Origin: Vulcanimicrobiota bacterium
Lineage (GTDB): Bacteria > Vulcanimicrobiota > Vulcanimicrobiia > Vulcanimicrobiales > Vulcanimicrobiaceae
Assembly (NCBI GenBank): GCA_963733295.1
Contig: CAVTCS010000003.1
Span: 2,112,001-2,176,000, forward strand
Direction of reading: 5' to 3'
Length of the DNA: 64,000 nucleotides
The position numbers were made by a program, and so were the translations under genes. Positions 52,849 through 63,166 of this stretch are shown here, one piece after another (within the stretch, counting starts at the first letter, position 1; each line of letters opens with the position of its first letter). The notes below the pieces were generated by a model that was given only the letters and a program-made list of their open reading frames with translations, did no database searches and was not told the origin of the DNA.

Positions 52849-53421
52849 CTAATAGGACGAAGGGGGTGTCTGCACCGCCGTTGGCGCAGCAGTCGCGCCC
52901 GTTGGAAGCGCGGCGATCAGCGCGATTGCGTCCACATTCATGCGGTGGGCGTTGGTGCGAGTGATTGCAGGCGCGTCGTCGGGGGCAAAGTTGCTTCCGT
53001 TGTAGTCGACGAGACGCTTGGATGTGTCACGGGAGAGGTACGCGTCCGACACTGCAGCCGGCATCGGCTCCCGGCGCGCTGCAAGCAGTGCCGCGGCCGC
53101 AGACCCGAAAAGGACGCTGTTCGCGAGCGCGTCTGCACGCTGCCCTGCCGGCGCGTTGAGGCAGGCGGCGTACTCCTTCAGCACCTTATGCATCATGCTG
53201 GGATCCGCCGTGGGCTTGACGCGAAGCTCGGCAGCGACTTGCTGTGCCGCGGCGCAGTCCGGCGGGAACGGTACGACATATACCCAACGCAAGAGTTCGG
53301 CATCCGGGACGCGTTGCGAGGCGGAAAGCGTCGTCTGCGGAACAGCCGGCGCGGGCGCGCCCAGGCCGAGCGCAAGCGTCGCCAACACGCTAATCGCGAG
53401 CGCGAGAAAACAGCGTCTCAC
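52849..53421 (-). CDS. Secreted helical hypothetical protein
   Basis: Signal peptide; Cys pair pattern shared with 8661-9335. Confidence 0.7.
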   Translation of the reverse strand: MRRCFLALAISVLATLALGLGAPAPAVPQTTLSASQRVPDAELLRWVYVVPFPPDCAAAQQVAAELRVKPTADPSMMHKVLKEYAACLNAPAGQRADALANSVLFGSAAAALLAARREPMPAAVSDAYLSRDTSKRLVDYNGSNFAPDDAPAITRTNAHRMNVDAIALIAALPTGATAAPTAVQTPPSSY

Positions 53422-53884
53422 TGGATCGCGTACCGGTCGAAGGGGTTGGCACGATCTCGGGCTTATATTAGTTCGGATAGTCGTCCTGCACGATGCCGCT
53501 GATTCGCGCGTCAGCTGATCCGCCCCCTACCTGATAGATCGCGATCTTCAGCTTAAGGAGCGCAAATGCGACCCGTAGTGCGGTTAACGGAATTCGTGTT
53601 GATAGCGCCGCGCCTCTCCGCCGAAAGGGGCCTCGTTTTGAAGCGCCCTATCCGCTTATCCGCGCGAGTTTTGCAAACCGGGGCGATGCGGCGCGATCCC
53701 GTGTGCGGCGGGCTTTGCGGCGCGTTGCCGGGATAGAGCCGAGGGCGGGATGGCCCGTCAGTTTGGCCCCAAAACCGGCCACCCCGTCGAGCGTTGCGCG
53801 CGTCTGAAGCCTCTAGATTAAGAGGAGCCATTCTGAGCACTGTGAACTGAACGAATCCTTTACGACATCGATGGGAGCGATAGT

Positions 53885-54278
53885 ATGCATTCGAAAACAA
53901 GCATCAAACGCGGTCGATTCCTTGAAACGAGCGCGGCAGCGATCGGTGTCGCCGCGGCGAGCTACTCTCTTGCATCGGCGCAAACGGAAGCGGCTGCGAC
54001 GATGAGCGGCGCGGGCAAGCCGAGCATAGTTTTTTTGTCATGGTCTTTGGGCCGACGGCTCGTGCTTTACCAAAGTGATGGGGCCGTTGCAAGCGAAAGG
54101 CTACGATTGCATTGCTGCCCAGTACCCACTTAACACGCCCGAAAACGACATCACTTTTGCCAAGTGGGCGATGGCCCTGGTGAAGGGCCCTATCGTGCTT
54201 GTTGGACATTCATATGGCGGCTCGGTGATCACGGCCGGACAAGTCCGCTGCATCCAGATCTTCGCCGTCGAGCGCTAA
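53885..54278 (+). pseudogene. Truncated alpha/beta hydrolase with Tat-like leader
   Basis: HGLWADGS and LVGHSYGG; frameshift in a T7 run (54030-54036); stops shortly after the nucleophile motif. Confidence 0.75.
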
Positions 54279-54294
54279 AGAAGGGTACACGACT

Positions 54295-56666
54295 ATGACG
54301 AACCAGTCAGACGGTCAAACGAGCGACGGAACGACTGCCTCCATGGACCGTACCGTGCTACCCATTGCTGAACCGCAGTATCCGCCGATCACGGAACTTG
54401 ATGCGAAAAACGCTACAGCTCCACCGCGGTTCGAAGTAAAGGCGCCGAAGGGCGCGCCTAACGTTGTAGTCATCCTTCTCGACAACATGGGCTTCGGCGA
54501 CATATCGACCTTCGGCGGGCCGATCCAGATGCCAACGCTGGATCGTCTGGCCAAGACCGGGCTGCGCTACAACAATCTCAAGGTTCCACCGTTGTGTTCC
54601 CCCAGCCGAGTCGCGCTGCTCACCGGCCGCAATAGCCATAGCGCAAACTTCGGCGTGATCTCGGAAATTGCTACCGGGTTTCCAGGGTATACCGCGAGCC
54701 GTCCCGACAGCATCGCGACGTTGCCCCAGATGTTGCGGCTCAATGGCTACAACACCGCCATGTTCGGTAAGTGTCACGAGCTAGCACCGTGGGAAGGCAG
54801 CGCTGTCGGGCCTTTCGACCGGTGGCCCGTGCATAGCGGCTTTGAGCGGTTCTACGGCTTCATGTCCGGCGAAGCCGACCTTTTTCATCCGGTCATTTAC
54901 GACAACATGACCCGGCTGGATATGCAGTTCGATGCCGATTACTACGCGAGTACCGACATCACCGACAAGGCGATCCTCTGGCTGCGTTCGCAGCGTTCGC
55001 TGGCCCTGGGGAAGCCATTCTTCGTCTACTACGCGGCCATTGGTACGCACGGTCCGTTTCAGGTGCCCGATGCGTGGCGCGACCGGTACAAGGGCAAGTT
55101 CGATCAGGGCTGGGACCAGGTGCGCAAAGAAACGTTGGCCAGGCAGATCGAGCTTGGCGTCGTGCCGCCGGGCACCGACCTCGCGCCGAAGCCGCCGGGA
55201 ATCCAGGAATGGGACGACTTGTCGGCCGACGAGAAAAAAGTCTTTGCTCGGTATATGGAGATCTACGCGGCCTTTGCCGAGGTGACCGACTACGAAATCG
55301 GGCGGTTCCTCGACGAGATCGAGACGTTGGGCGAAATGGACAACACGCTGATCTTCTACATAACCGGCGACAACGGCTCGGTTTTCCAAGGCGGCCTCAA
55401 CGGCGCCTTCAATGAGTTGTCCGTGTTCAACGGGCTGCCCGAGCCCCTGGACGTTGCGCTGCAGAACTTCGACGAGATCGGCGGCCCTAAGTCGCATATT
55501 TTGTACAACAATGGCTGGGCTTTTGCCGGCGCGACGCCGTTTGGGTGGGGGCACCAGGTGGCCTCGTACGGCGGCGTCTGCCAGCCGATGGTGGTTCACT
55601 GGCCGAAGGGTATCGCGGAGAAGAGTGGCCTGCGCCCGCAGTGGATGCACATGATCGATATTGCGCCGACGGTATTGGAGGCAGTTGGCGTGCCCGAGCC
55701 GGGCGTCGTGTACGGCGTCCGACAGAAACCGTTCGAAGGCGTGAGCGCGCTATACACATTGGATGAACCCGAGGCGAAGTCGCGCCACACCCGCAATACT
55801 TCGAGATGGCCGGCAACCGGGGCATCTATCAGGACGGTTGGTTCGCCACGACGGTGCACCGCCCACCGTGGGAGCCCAAGGCGCGGGCTACACTTGAGAA
55901 CGACAAGTGGGAGCTGTACAACGTCGAGGAAGATTTCAGTTGCGCGCACGACCTTGCCGCGCAGTATCCCGACAAACTTGCGAAGCTCAAGGGAGTCTTC
56001 CTAGAAGAGGCGGTCAAGTACAACGTGCTTCCGCTTGACGACCGCGCTTGGGAGCGCTTCAACGCTGCTCTAGCGGGCCGTCCGGATCTGATGGAAGGTC
56101 GCACCGAGATCACCGTCTATGAGGGGATGAAGGGTATTCCCGAAAACGGCTTCATCAACGTGAAGAACCGCTCTTTTGTGGTTACGGCCGACATTGAGGT
56201 CCCCGAGAGTGGCGCAGAGGGTGTGATCATCGCCCAAGGCGGGGAGATGGGTGGCTGGAGCCTCTACGTCAAGGGCGCCGCACCCCGGTTTGCCTGGAAC
56301 TTTCTGGGCCGCGAGATTTACAAGATCGTCGGCCCCACTCGTCTGCCGGCGGGGAGAGTGACGTTACGCTTCGAGTTTGCTTATGACGGCGGTATGGCCG
56401 CGGGTGGTAACGGCGTGATCTTCGTCAACGATCGAGAGGTCGCCTCAGGGCGGGTCGAGCACACACAGCCGTTCGCATTTGGTGCCGAAACGACGGACGT
56501 AGGTGAGAACCTCTACACGTGCGTCAGCGACGACTACAAAGTGGGCGATAACAAGTTCACTGGTAAGATTCATAAGGTGACCGTCGCGGTCGGAAAGTCC
56601 AATCTCAGCGAGGAGGCGCAGAAAGCTCTCGCAGAGTTGCGCATGAAGAAAGCGATGTCCGGCTAA
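54295..56666 (+). CDS. Long-form arylsulfatase, single frameshift near 55790
   Basis: PNVVVILLD, LCSPSRV, GDNG; QYFEMAGNRGIY continues in the next frame. Confidence 0.88.
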
Positions 56667-56766
56667 TTGAGTTGGCTTTACACGCCGCCACGCCGAGGGG
56701 GGACGTTTTGGAAATGATCGCTCGCAACAGTTCGTTGACACCAGCCGCCGCGGCGTTCGCATTCCC

Positions 56767-57154
56767 TCGCATCGCTGCCGCATCCCGATCGCATAAGTTG
56801 GTGCAGCGCAAAGCCTTATGCTACGGGCGATTGCGGCGCATTCGCGCCGTCGTTGAATCCCGGATGAATTTCGGCTGACCACGCGCGATTTTGCCCTGCG
56901 CTGAAAACCCTGATGGGGCATGGCTTTGCGGCGCACGCGCTTTCCGGACGTCGAGCCCGCTGGCGGCTCAGTGGCGAAAATCGCGTGTGGCGCAAAACCC
57001 CGTGGCATCAGGGTTTGCGCCGCAGGGCACAATCGCTCGTGGTCAGCTGAACTTCATCCGCGATTCATCGCTCCGTGTTGTGCGCCGGAATTGCCCGTGG
57101 CGTAAGGGTTTCCGGCGCGCAGGGCTATGCGATTGGTATGCGGCGGGGATGCGA
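56767..57154. repeat. Long gapless imperfect inverted repeat (177-bp arms) carrying four palindromic sites
   Basis: 56767-56943 aligns without gaps to the reverse complement of 56978-57154; 131/177 matches by hand count. Confidence 0.9.
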
Positions 57155-57218
57155 CCGGGCACGGTAGTTGCACCAAAAACGCTCCGCGTTCTTCGGGCCG
57201 AAAAAAAGCGATCAAGCC

Positions 57219-57767
57219 TTATGGAAGGACATGAATTGTAACCGTTTGTGACATCGGCGCCGCGATGGGCGGGGCATTGGTGCCTATCCGAGCTATATCT
57301 GCTTCAAGCTGAATCGGCCTAGTGATAGTTATCGTGTACGTTCCTGGTGGAAACTTAAAGCGTTCTCGTAAGTCAAAGGACTCTCTCCAGGCGAAGCGCG
57401 GACCTAAGGAAATTCCGATAGGCCCTGAGGATTCAAAACCCGGGGCAGGTTTATCGTCTCGCGGCTGTAGCTGTCGACCCGCTCCGTCAAGTACGACCCA
57501 ATCAAAATCTACGAAGATCGCGCCGCGAGCGATTTCCACCGGGTTTGAGTTGAGATTTCGAAGGCCAAGGACGGCGACAATTGGCTCGGTCGGATCAAAG
57601 GTCAGCTTTGAGAACGTGAGGCTCACTGCAAAGCCATGCGAGCTCGCGCCCCAAGAGAAATCATTGGAATTCGCTTGGACGAAGGATTCTCCGAACGCCC
57701 GCGTGGTCATCAAGCACGCAAAGGCGATCACCAAGAGAGGAACAAATCTGATCGACAATAGTGACAT
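57219..57767 (-). CDS. 182-aa putative lipoprotein, copy 2 (inverted)
   Basis: Paralogue of 40527-41075. Confidence 0.8.
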   Translation of the reverse strand: MSLLSIRFVPLLVIAFACLMTTRAFGESFVQANSNDFSWGASSHGFAVSLTFSKLTFDPTEPIVAVLGLRNLNSNPVEIARGAIFVDFDWVVLDGAGRQLQPRDDKPAPGFESSGPIGISLGPRFAWRESFDLRERFKFPPGTYTITITRPIQLEADIARIGTNAPPIAAPMSQTVTIHVLP

Positions 57768-58003
57768 TGCAGCGTCTCACTCTAACAGTTTGCCGTCGTA
57801 GAGCACAACACAGTACCATGCGTTCTCGTTAAGGTCCATGTCGGAAATACGCTACCCGAACCGAACCGCCCGTGCCCGCTAATAAACATCTCTTGCCAAG
57901 GAGCAGTGCACCCCGGTCGAGTTCCTATCTGAGCTGGACCCAAGGCAATATGCAGCTTTGGGAGCTCGATGCGGGCCGCGTCGATACTGCGCCAGCCAGC
58001 GTT

Positions 58004-58210
58004 CCGGAAACCCTTACCCCACCAGCCTTTCCACGACGCGCTCGATTTTGCAAAACCGTTCTGCACAGAACCGTGCGCCGAGCGCATTGAAGGGCCGCGA
58101 GGGCTTATGCGCCGGAAACCCTGATGTCACAGGGCTTTGCGCCGCGCCGGCGAGTTGGCCGGGATCTGGGGCCTAGGGCGAGGGGGTGGCCGGTTTTGGG
58201 GCCTTACCCC
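58004..58210. repeat. Two palindromic sites plus a terminal-IR-like end next to the secA stop
   Basis: Sites at 58004-58032 and 58109-58145; 58183-58203 is the exact reverse complement of 53765-53785. Confidence 0.7.
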
Positions 58211-58218
58211 TATGCCCG

Positions 58219-60876
58219 CTACGCGACGACTCCGTGGCAGCGCTTGAACTTCTTGCCTGAGCCGCAGGGGCACAGATCGTTGCGGCCGACCTTTTCGCCT
58301 GCGCGCGTGGGTTTGCGTGGTGACGATTCGTCGCGGTTGGTGTGAATCTCGCGGGGGCGGTCGCCGCCCGGTGCCGGGCCGAGCAGTTGCGCGGCGAAGT
58401 TCGGATCGAGGCGCGCGGGCTGAGCTTCGGGTTGCTGCAACGGTGCGAGCGCACCAGTCGGGATCGGCTCGAAGCTAGGCATCCCATTCGCGGCGCCCGG
58501 AGCTTCGGTGGCGAGGGCGTTCGGGTCTTGCGCTTCCACGACGACGTGAAAGACGGCCTTCAGTGCTTCGTCGGCGATGTTGCCCTTGAGATCCTCGAAG
58601 ATCTCGTAGGCTTCTTTTTCGTATTCGACGCGCGGGTCTTTTTGACCGTAGCCGCGCAGGCCGATGCCCGTTTTGAGCGCGTCCATCACGTACAAGTGAT
58701 CGACCCAGAGCCGGTCGATGATCGGCAACATGATGTACTTCGTTTCCACGACCCGCATCAGTTCGGGTGTTAGCTCCGCCTCTTTGGCTTCGTACGCTTC
58801 AACGCCGAGTTCGGTGAGCCGAACGCGCATCGCCTCGCGATCGAGTTTCTCGAGCTCTTCGAGCGGCATCTTGTCGGCAACCGGAAAGATCAACTCGAGT
58901 TCGTTGAGGATCTCTTGCAGGTCCCACTCCGACGGGTGAACGTTTTCGGGAGCGTTCTGATCGACGGCCTGATCGACTTTCTCCGCGAGCGTCTGGAGCA
59001 TGAAATCGCGGACGCTCTCGCCGGCTAGAATTTTGCGGCGCTCGGCGTAGATCACCTCGCGCTGCTTGTTCATGACGTCGTCGTACTCGAGAACTTGCTT
59101 ACGGATCTCGTAGTTGTGGTTCTCGACCTTCGACTGGGCGCGCTCGATCGAGCGCGTGATCAGGTTCGCCTCGATCGGCGTCTCGTCGGTGAAGCCGACG
59201 GCGTTCATGATGCTCTGGATCCGCTCGGCACCGAACAGGCGCATCAGCTCATCCTCGAGCGACACGTAGAAGCGCGTGCTTCCCGGGTCGCCTTGGCGAC
59301 CCGCACGTCCACGCAGCTGGTTGTCGATCCGCCGCGATTCGTGGCGCTCAGTGCCGATAATGTGCAAGCCGCCCATCTCCGCAACGCCCTCACCGAGCTT
59401 GATGTCGACGCCGCGGCCGGCCATGTTCGTCGCGATCGTCACCGCCGCAACCTGGCCGGCATCCTTGATGATCTCGGCTTCCTTTTCGTGATACTTCGCG
59501 TTCAGGACGTTACACTCGACGCCGCGCCGCCGCAAGATCGTGGCGAGCCGCTCGCTCTTCTCGATCGAGCGGGTGCCCACGAGCACCGGGCGTCCCTTGT
59601 CGTGCTCCTCGACGATCTCGTCGACGACGGCCTCGAACTTCGCCGGTTCGCTTTTGTAGACGATGTCGGCGATATCGCGCCGCGCAACCGCCTGATTGGT
59701 TGGAATGACGATGACGTCGAGCCCGTAGATGTCGCGAAACTCGCGCTCCTCGGTCTTCGCCGTTCCGGTCATTCCCGCGAGCTTCTTGTAAAGGCGGAAA
59801 TAATTCTGGAACGTGATCGTGGCCAGCGTTTGATCTTCGCTGCGGACTTTCAGGGCCTCTTTGGCCTCAATCGCCTGATGGATGCCGTCGGAGTAGCGCC
59901 GGCCGTACATCAACCGCCCGGTGAACTCATCGACGATGATGACTTCACCCTCCTTGACGATGTATTGCTGATCGCGATGGAAGAGATTCCACGCCTTGAG
60001 CGCAGCGTTCAGCTGATGGGTCAGTTCGAGGTTGCGCTGGTCGTAGAGATTCGAGACTCCGAGCATGCGCTCGACCTTGGCGACGCCCTTTTCCGCAATC
60101 GGAACGGCGTGCGCCTTCTCGTCCACGGTAAAATCTTCGCCTTTGACTAAGCGCGGCACGATCTGTGCGAATTTGGCATACAGATCGGTCGCATCGGTAC
60201 CGTGGCCGCTGATGATAAGCGGCGTGCGGGCTTCGTCGATTAAGATCGAGTCGACCTCGTCGACGATCGCGAAATTCAGTTCGCGCTGCACCATGTCTTC
60301 GAGACGCCAGGCCATGTTGTCGCGCAGGTAATCGAAACCGACTTCATTGTTGGTGACGTAGGTGATGTCGCACTCGTAGGCGGCACGGCGCTGAGCCGGC
60401 TCGAGGTCGTGCTGGATCACGCCGACCGTCAGACCCAAGAATTCGTAGAGCGGACCCATCCACTCGGCGTCGCGCTTGGCCAGATAGTCGTTGACGGTGA
60501 CGAGGTGCACGCCGCGGCCGAGCAAGGCGTTCGCGTAGACGGCCAGCGTCGCGACCAGCGTCTTGCCTTCGCCCGTCTTCATCTCGGCGACCTTGCCTTC
60601 GTGCAAAACCTGGCCGCCCATGATCTGCACGTCGAAGTGCCGCATGCCGATCGCGCGCTTTCCGGCTTCACGTGCGACGGCGAACGTTTCGGGCAGCATA
60701 TCGTCGATCGACTCGCCCTGCGCCAAGCGCCCCTTGAACTCGTCGGTCTTCGCACGGAGTTCTTCGTCGGAAAGCGCGGCCATCGCCGGTTCGAAGGCGT
60801 TCGTCGCAACCACCGTCTTGCGCAGACGAACGACCTCGCGTTCGTTGGCGTCAAAGAGCGTTTTTAGAAAGGCCAT
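58219..60876 (-). CDS. secA: Preprotein translocase ATPase SecA
   Basis: [33 protein letters not shown]-terminal [13 protein letters not shown]. Confidence 0.98.
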   Translation of the reverse strand: MAFLKTLFDANEREVVRLRKTVVATNAFEPAMAALSDEELRAKTDEFKGRLAQGESIDDMLPETFAVAREAGKRAIGMRHFDVQIMGGQVLHEGKVAEMKTGEGKTLVATLAVYANALLGRGVHLVTVNDYLAKRDAEWMGPLYEFLGLTVGVIQHDLEPAQRRAAYECDITYVTNNEVGFDYLRDNMAWRLEDMVQRELNFAIVDEVDSILIDEARTPLIISGHGTDATDLYAKFAQIVPRLVKGEDFTVDEKAHAVPIAEKGVAKVERMLGVSNLYDQRNLELTHQLNAALKAWNLFHRDQQYIVKEGEVIIVDEFTGRLMYGRRYSDGIHQAIEAKEALKVRSEDQTLATITFQNYFRLYKKLAGMTGTAKTEEREFRDIYGLDVIVIPTNQAVARRDIADIVYKSEPAKFEAVVDEIVEEHDKGRPVLVGTRSIEKSERLATILRRRGVECNVLNAKYHEKEAEIIKDAGQVAAVTIATNMAGRGVDIKLGEGVAEMGGLHIIGTERHESRRIDNQLRGRAGRQGDPGSTRFYVSLEDELMRLFGAERIQSIMNAVGFTDETPIEANLITRSIERAQSKVENHNYEIRKQVLEYDDVMNKQREVIYAERRKILAGESVRDFMLQTLAEKVDQAVDQNAPENVHPSEWDLQEILNELELIFPVADKMPLEELEKLDREAMRVRLTELGVEAYEAKEAELTPELMRVVETKYIMLPIIDRLWVDHLYVMDALKTGIGLRGYGQKDPRVEYEKEAYEIFEDLKGNIADEALKAVFHVVVEAQDPNALATEAPGAANGMPSFEPIPTGALAPLQQPEAQPARLDPNFAAQLLGPAPGGDRPREIHTNRDESSPRKPTRAGEKVGRNDLCPCGSGKKFKRCHGVVA

Positions 60877-60970
60877 TCGTGCTTGTAACCGCTTCCCGGT
60901 CCGAGGGGTTGCTTTCCAGTCCGTCGCCTTCGTCGGATCGCCAGGCTCGGTCCTGCGCCGTTGTCGGCGC

Positions 60971-61792
60971 TCAAAGCGGAGTCTTTGCGGGATGGTTCAC
61001 GATCGTGTGCGGTACCCGTCGCAGCAGATCTCGCGCCGTGACGAAGGTGAAGCCGGCTTTGCGAAAGCGCGCCACGATCTCGGGCAGCATCTCGATCGTC
61101 CCCAAGCGCCCGCTGTGGAGCAGGATGATGTCGGGCGCGGTCGCGCTGCGTTCGATGTGAGTCACGAGCATCGCAGCCGGTACGCTGCGCCAATCGCCGG
61201 GGTCGTCGTTCCAAAGCACGACGCTATAGCCGGCGGCTTGCGCGGCGCGGACGGTTGCTTCGGTGAAGCGCCCGTGCGGCGGCCGCATCTCCTTGCGAAT
61301 CGAGGGGTCGCGGACCATCGTTTCGAGGGCGTCCGCGCCTCCCTCAAGCTGCCACTGGACTGCGCGCGTTCCAAGCTCTTCGAAGTTTGAGGGGTGCGTC
61401 AACGTGTGGTTGGCGATCTCGTGACCCGCGGCCGCGATGCGCCGCGTCAACTGCGGAAACTCTTCGGCATCGCGCCCGATCAAGAAGAACGTCGCAGGAA
61501 CGTGCAGATCGTGGAGCACGTCGAGCAAGAGTGGCGTTTCGACAGGATATGGGCCATCGTCGAAGGTCAGCGCGACCAGACGTGGACTGCCCGAGCGGTC
61601 GGCCGGCGGCCGATCGTAGAGATAGCGGTTGATGCGCGCGTCGAGGCTCGAGGCGAGCATGCGATGCGCGTCGGCGGTGCGATCGATGATGGCCGGTATC
61701 ACCGGCGCACGAACGTGCAGCACGAGTCGATAGAACACATAGCCGGCGAGCGCGATGCAAACGAGCATCGCCGCCAGCCGGAACGCCTTCAC
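60971..61792 (-). CDS. Polysaccharide deacetylase (NodB/CE4)
   Basis: [25 protein letters not shown]. Confidence 0.92.
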   Translation of the reverse strand: MKAFRLAAMLVCIALAGYVFYRLVLHVRAPVIPAIIDRTADAHRMLASSLDARINRYLYDRPPADRSGSPRLVALTFDDGPYPVETPLLLDVLHDLHVPATFFLIGRDAEEFPQLTRRIAAAGHEIANHTLTHPSNFEELGTRAVQWQLEGGADALETMVRDPSIRKEMRPPHGRFTEATVRAAQAAGYSVVLWNDDPGDWRSVPAAMLVTHIERSATAPDIILLHSGRLGTIEMLPEIVARFRKAGFTFVTARDLLRRVPHTIVNHPAKTPL

Positions 61793-63166
61793 TTAACGGC
61801 CGAGGCCTCGTTCTGCGGCGGCGCCGCGTAATCGCGGCCGACGATTACCGTCACGTCGCTGGCGGGCTTCGTTCCTTGCGGCACCACGTCGGCAAGCACC
61901 GTTGCCGATTTGACCGGGATCGCGCTGCGCACGCGCTCCCCTGCCAGCGGCGTCGTCGCCGAGTGGACGTGAATCTCGGTCGAGTCGTAACCGAATTTGT
62001 CGGCGTTCCCGATGCTTTGGATGACGAAGCCTTGTTTCGTCAGCTGCTGCGCCATCCGTGCGCCCATGCCGCGAATGCCGCTTCCGTTGAGAACGATGAC
62101 GCGCACTTGCGCCGGCGCGATCGCCGCGACGGCAGCGGCATTCGGCGCGACCACGGGCACGACGGGCTCGAGGAAAAGCTTTTTGACCAGCGCGTTTTTG
62201 GCGGCGTCGTCGGCGATGATGACGTTGCCGCAGCACGCCAGATCCTTGTCGGCAACGTAGGGAATCTGATCGGTCTTCACTTGAGCTAGATCGATCGACT
62301 TGAACGCATTCGCGATGCTGAGCGCTTCGGAGTTACTGATATCCGTGTAAACGTTCTTCTGAATCACGGCCAGCAGATCGTTGACGTGCATCAGATCGTT
62401 GAACTTATCGCTCTTCAGCTTCGCAATCGTGATCCTGATGACTTGCTGCTGCCGCTTGATCCGGCATGGATCGCCGCATTCGTCGTGACGGAATCGCGAA
62501 TAGGAAACGGCTTGCTCGCCGTTCATGTGGTACTTCTTGCCGCCGACGAAGTGAATCGAGAGATGGCCCCAGTGGTCGTCGTAGTCCATCGTCTCGTCGG
62601 GCACGACATCGATGCCGCCGATTGCGTCGATGAGAGCCTTCGTCGCATTGATCCGCAGCGTCACGAAGCGATCGAATCCTTGGATTCCAAGGAAGTCCGC
62701 GACGACTTTCTCCGAGTTATGCGCGGCCGCGCGGGGGTCTTTGGCTGCGGTGTAGGCCGCGTTGATCTTGTCCTCGTGCCCGTTCGGCATGACGACGTCC
62801 ATGTCGCGCGGCACCGACAGAACGTTCAGCCGCGGCGTCGGCGACTGCGCGGTCGGGAAGACCATGGAGATTGCCATAATGCGTGTCGCTGCGCGCGTTC
62901 GTCGAAAACTCTTGATCCTTCTCGTCGTAATTGTAGTCGATGCCGAGCAGCAGAATGTTGATGCGATCTTTGTGAAAGTGAGCTTGCGGAGGCTCGATGA
63001 AATACGCCGCAATCACGTCCTGGGGAGAACGCTTTTGCATGACCGCCTGCACGGTGACCACGCCCGCCAGGACGCCGGCACAGAGTCCGAAGGCGAGCAA
63101 CAGACCGGCCAACACGCGCCGCACGACGCTCTTGGGTTCGCTCTCGGGAGCGAGATGCTTGCCCAC
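61789..63166 (-). CDS. LCP (LytR-CpsA-Psr) protein with LytR_C domain, frameshift near 62880
   Basis: TM helix, NILLLGID, RSDT, then SVPRD, KINAAY, RIKRQQ, VLNGSG. Confidence 0.88.

Noticed and set aside
54030..54036. Phase-variable poly-T switch
   Set aside because: Only seven T, and the gene is truncated downstream anyway; a homopolymer error is more likely.
40527..57767. Diversity-generating retroelement (TR/VR pair) behind the duplicated genes
   Set aside because: No reverse transcriptase in the window; both copies are full ORFs and the differences are not adenine-specific.
56767..58210. CRISPR array
   Set aside because: Repeats are degenerate, in mixed orientation and irregularly spaced, with homologous linkers; no cas genes.
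8661..58210. Integron cassette array
   Set aside because: Only isolated RYYYAAC/GTTRRR-like words (e.g. near 12575, 21893, 57781); no paired attC structures, mixed gene orientation, no intI.
59095..60150. 351-aa ORF opposite secA
   Set aside because: Antisense shadow of a conserved gene.
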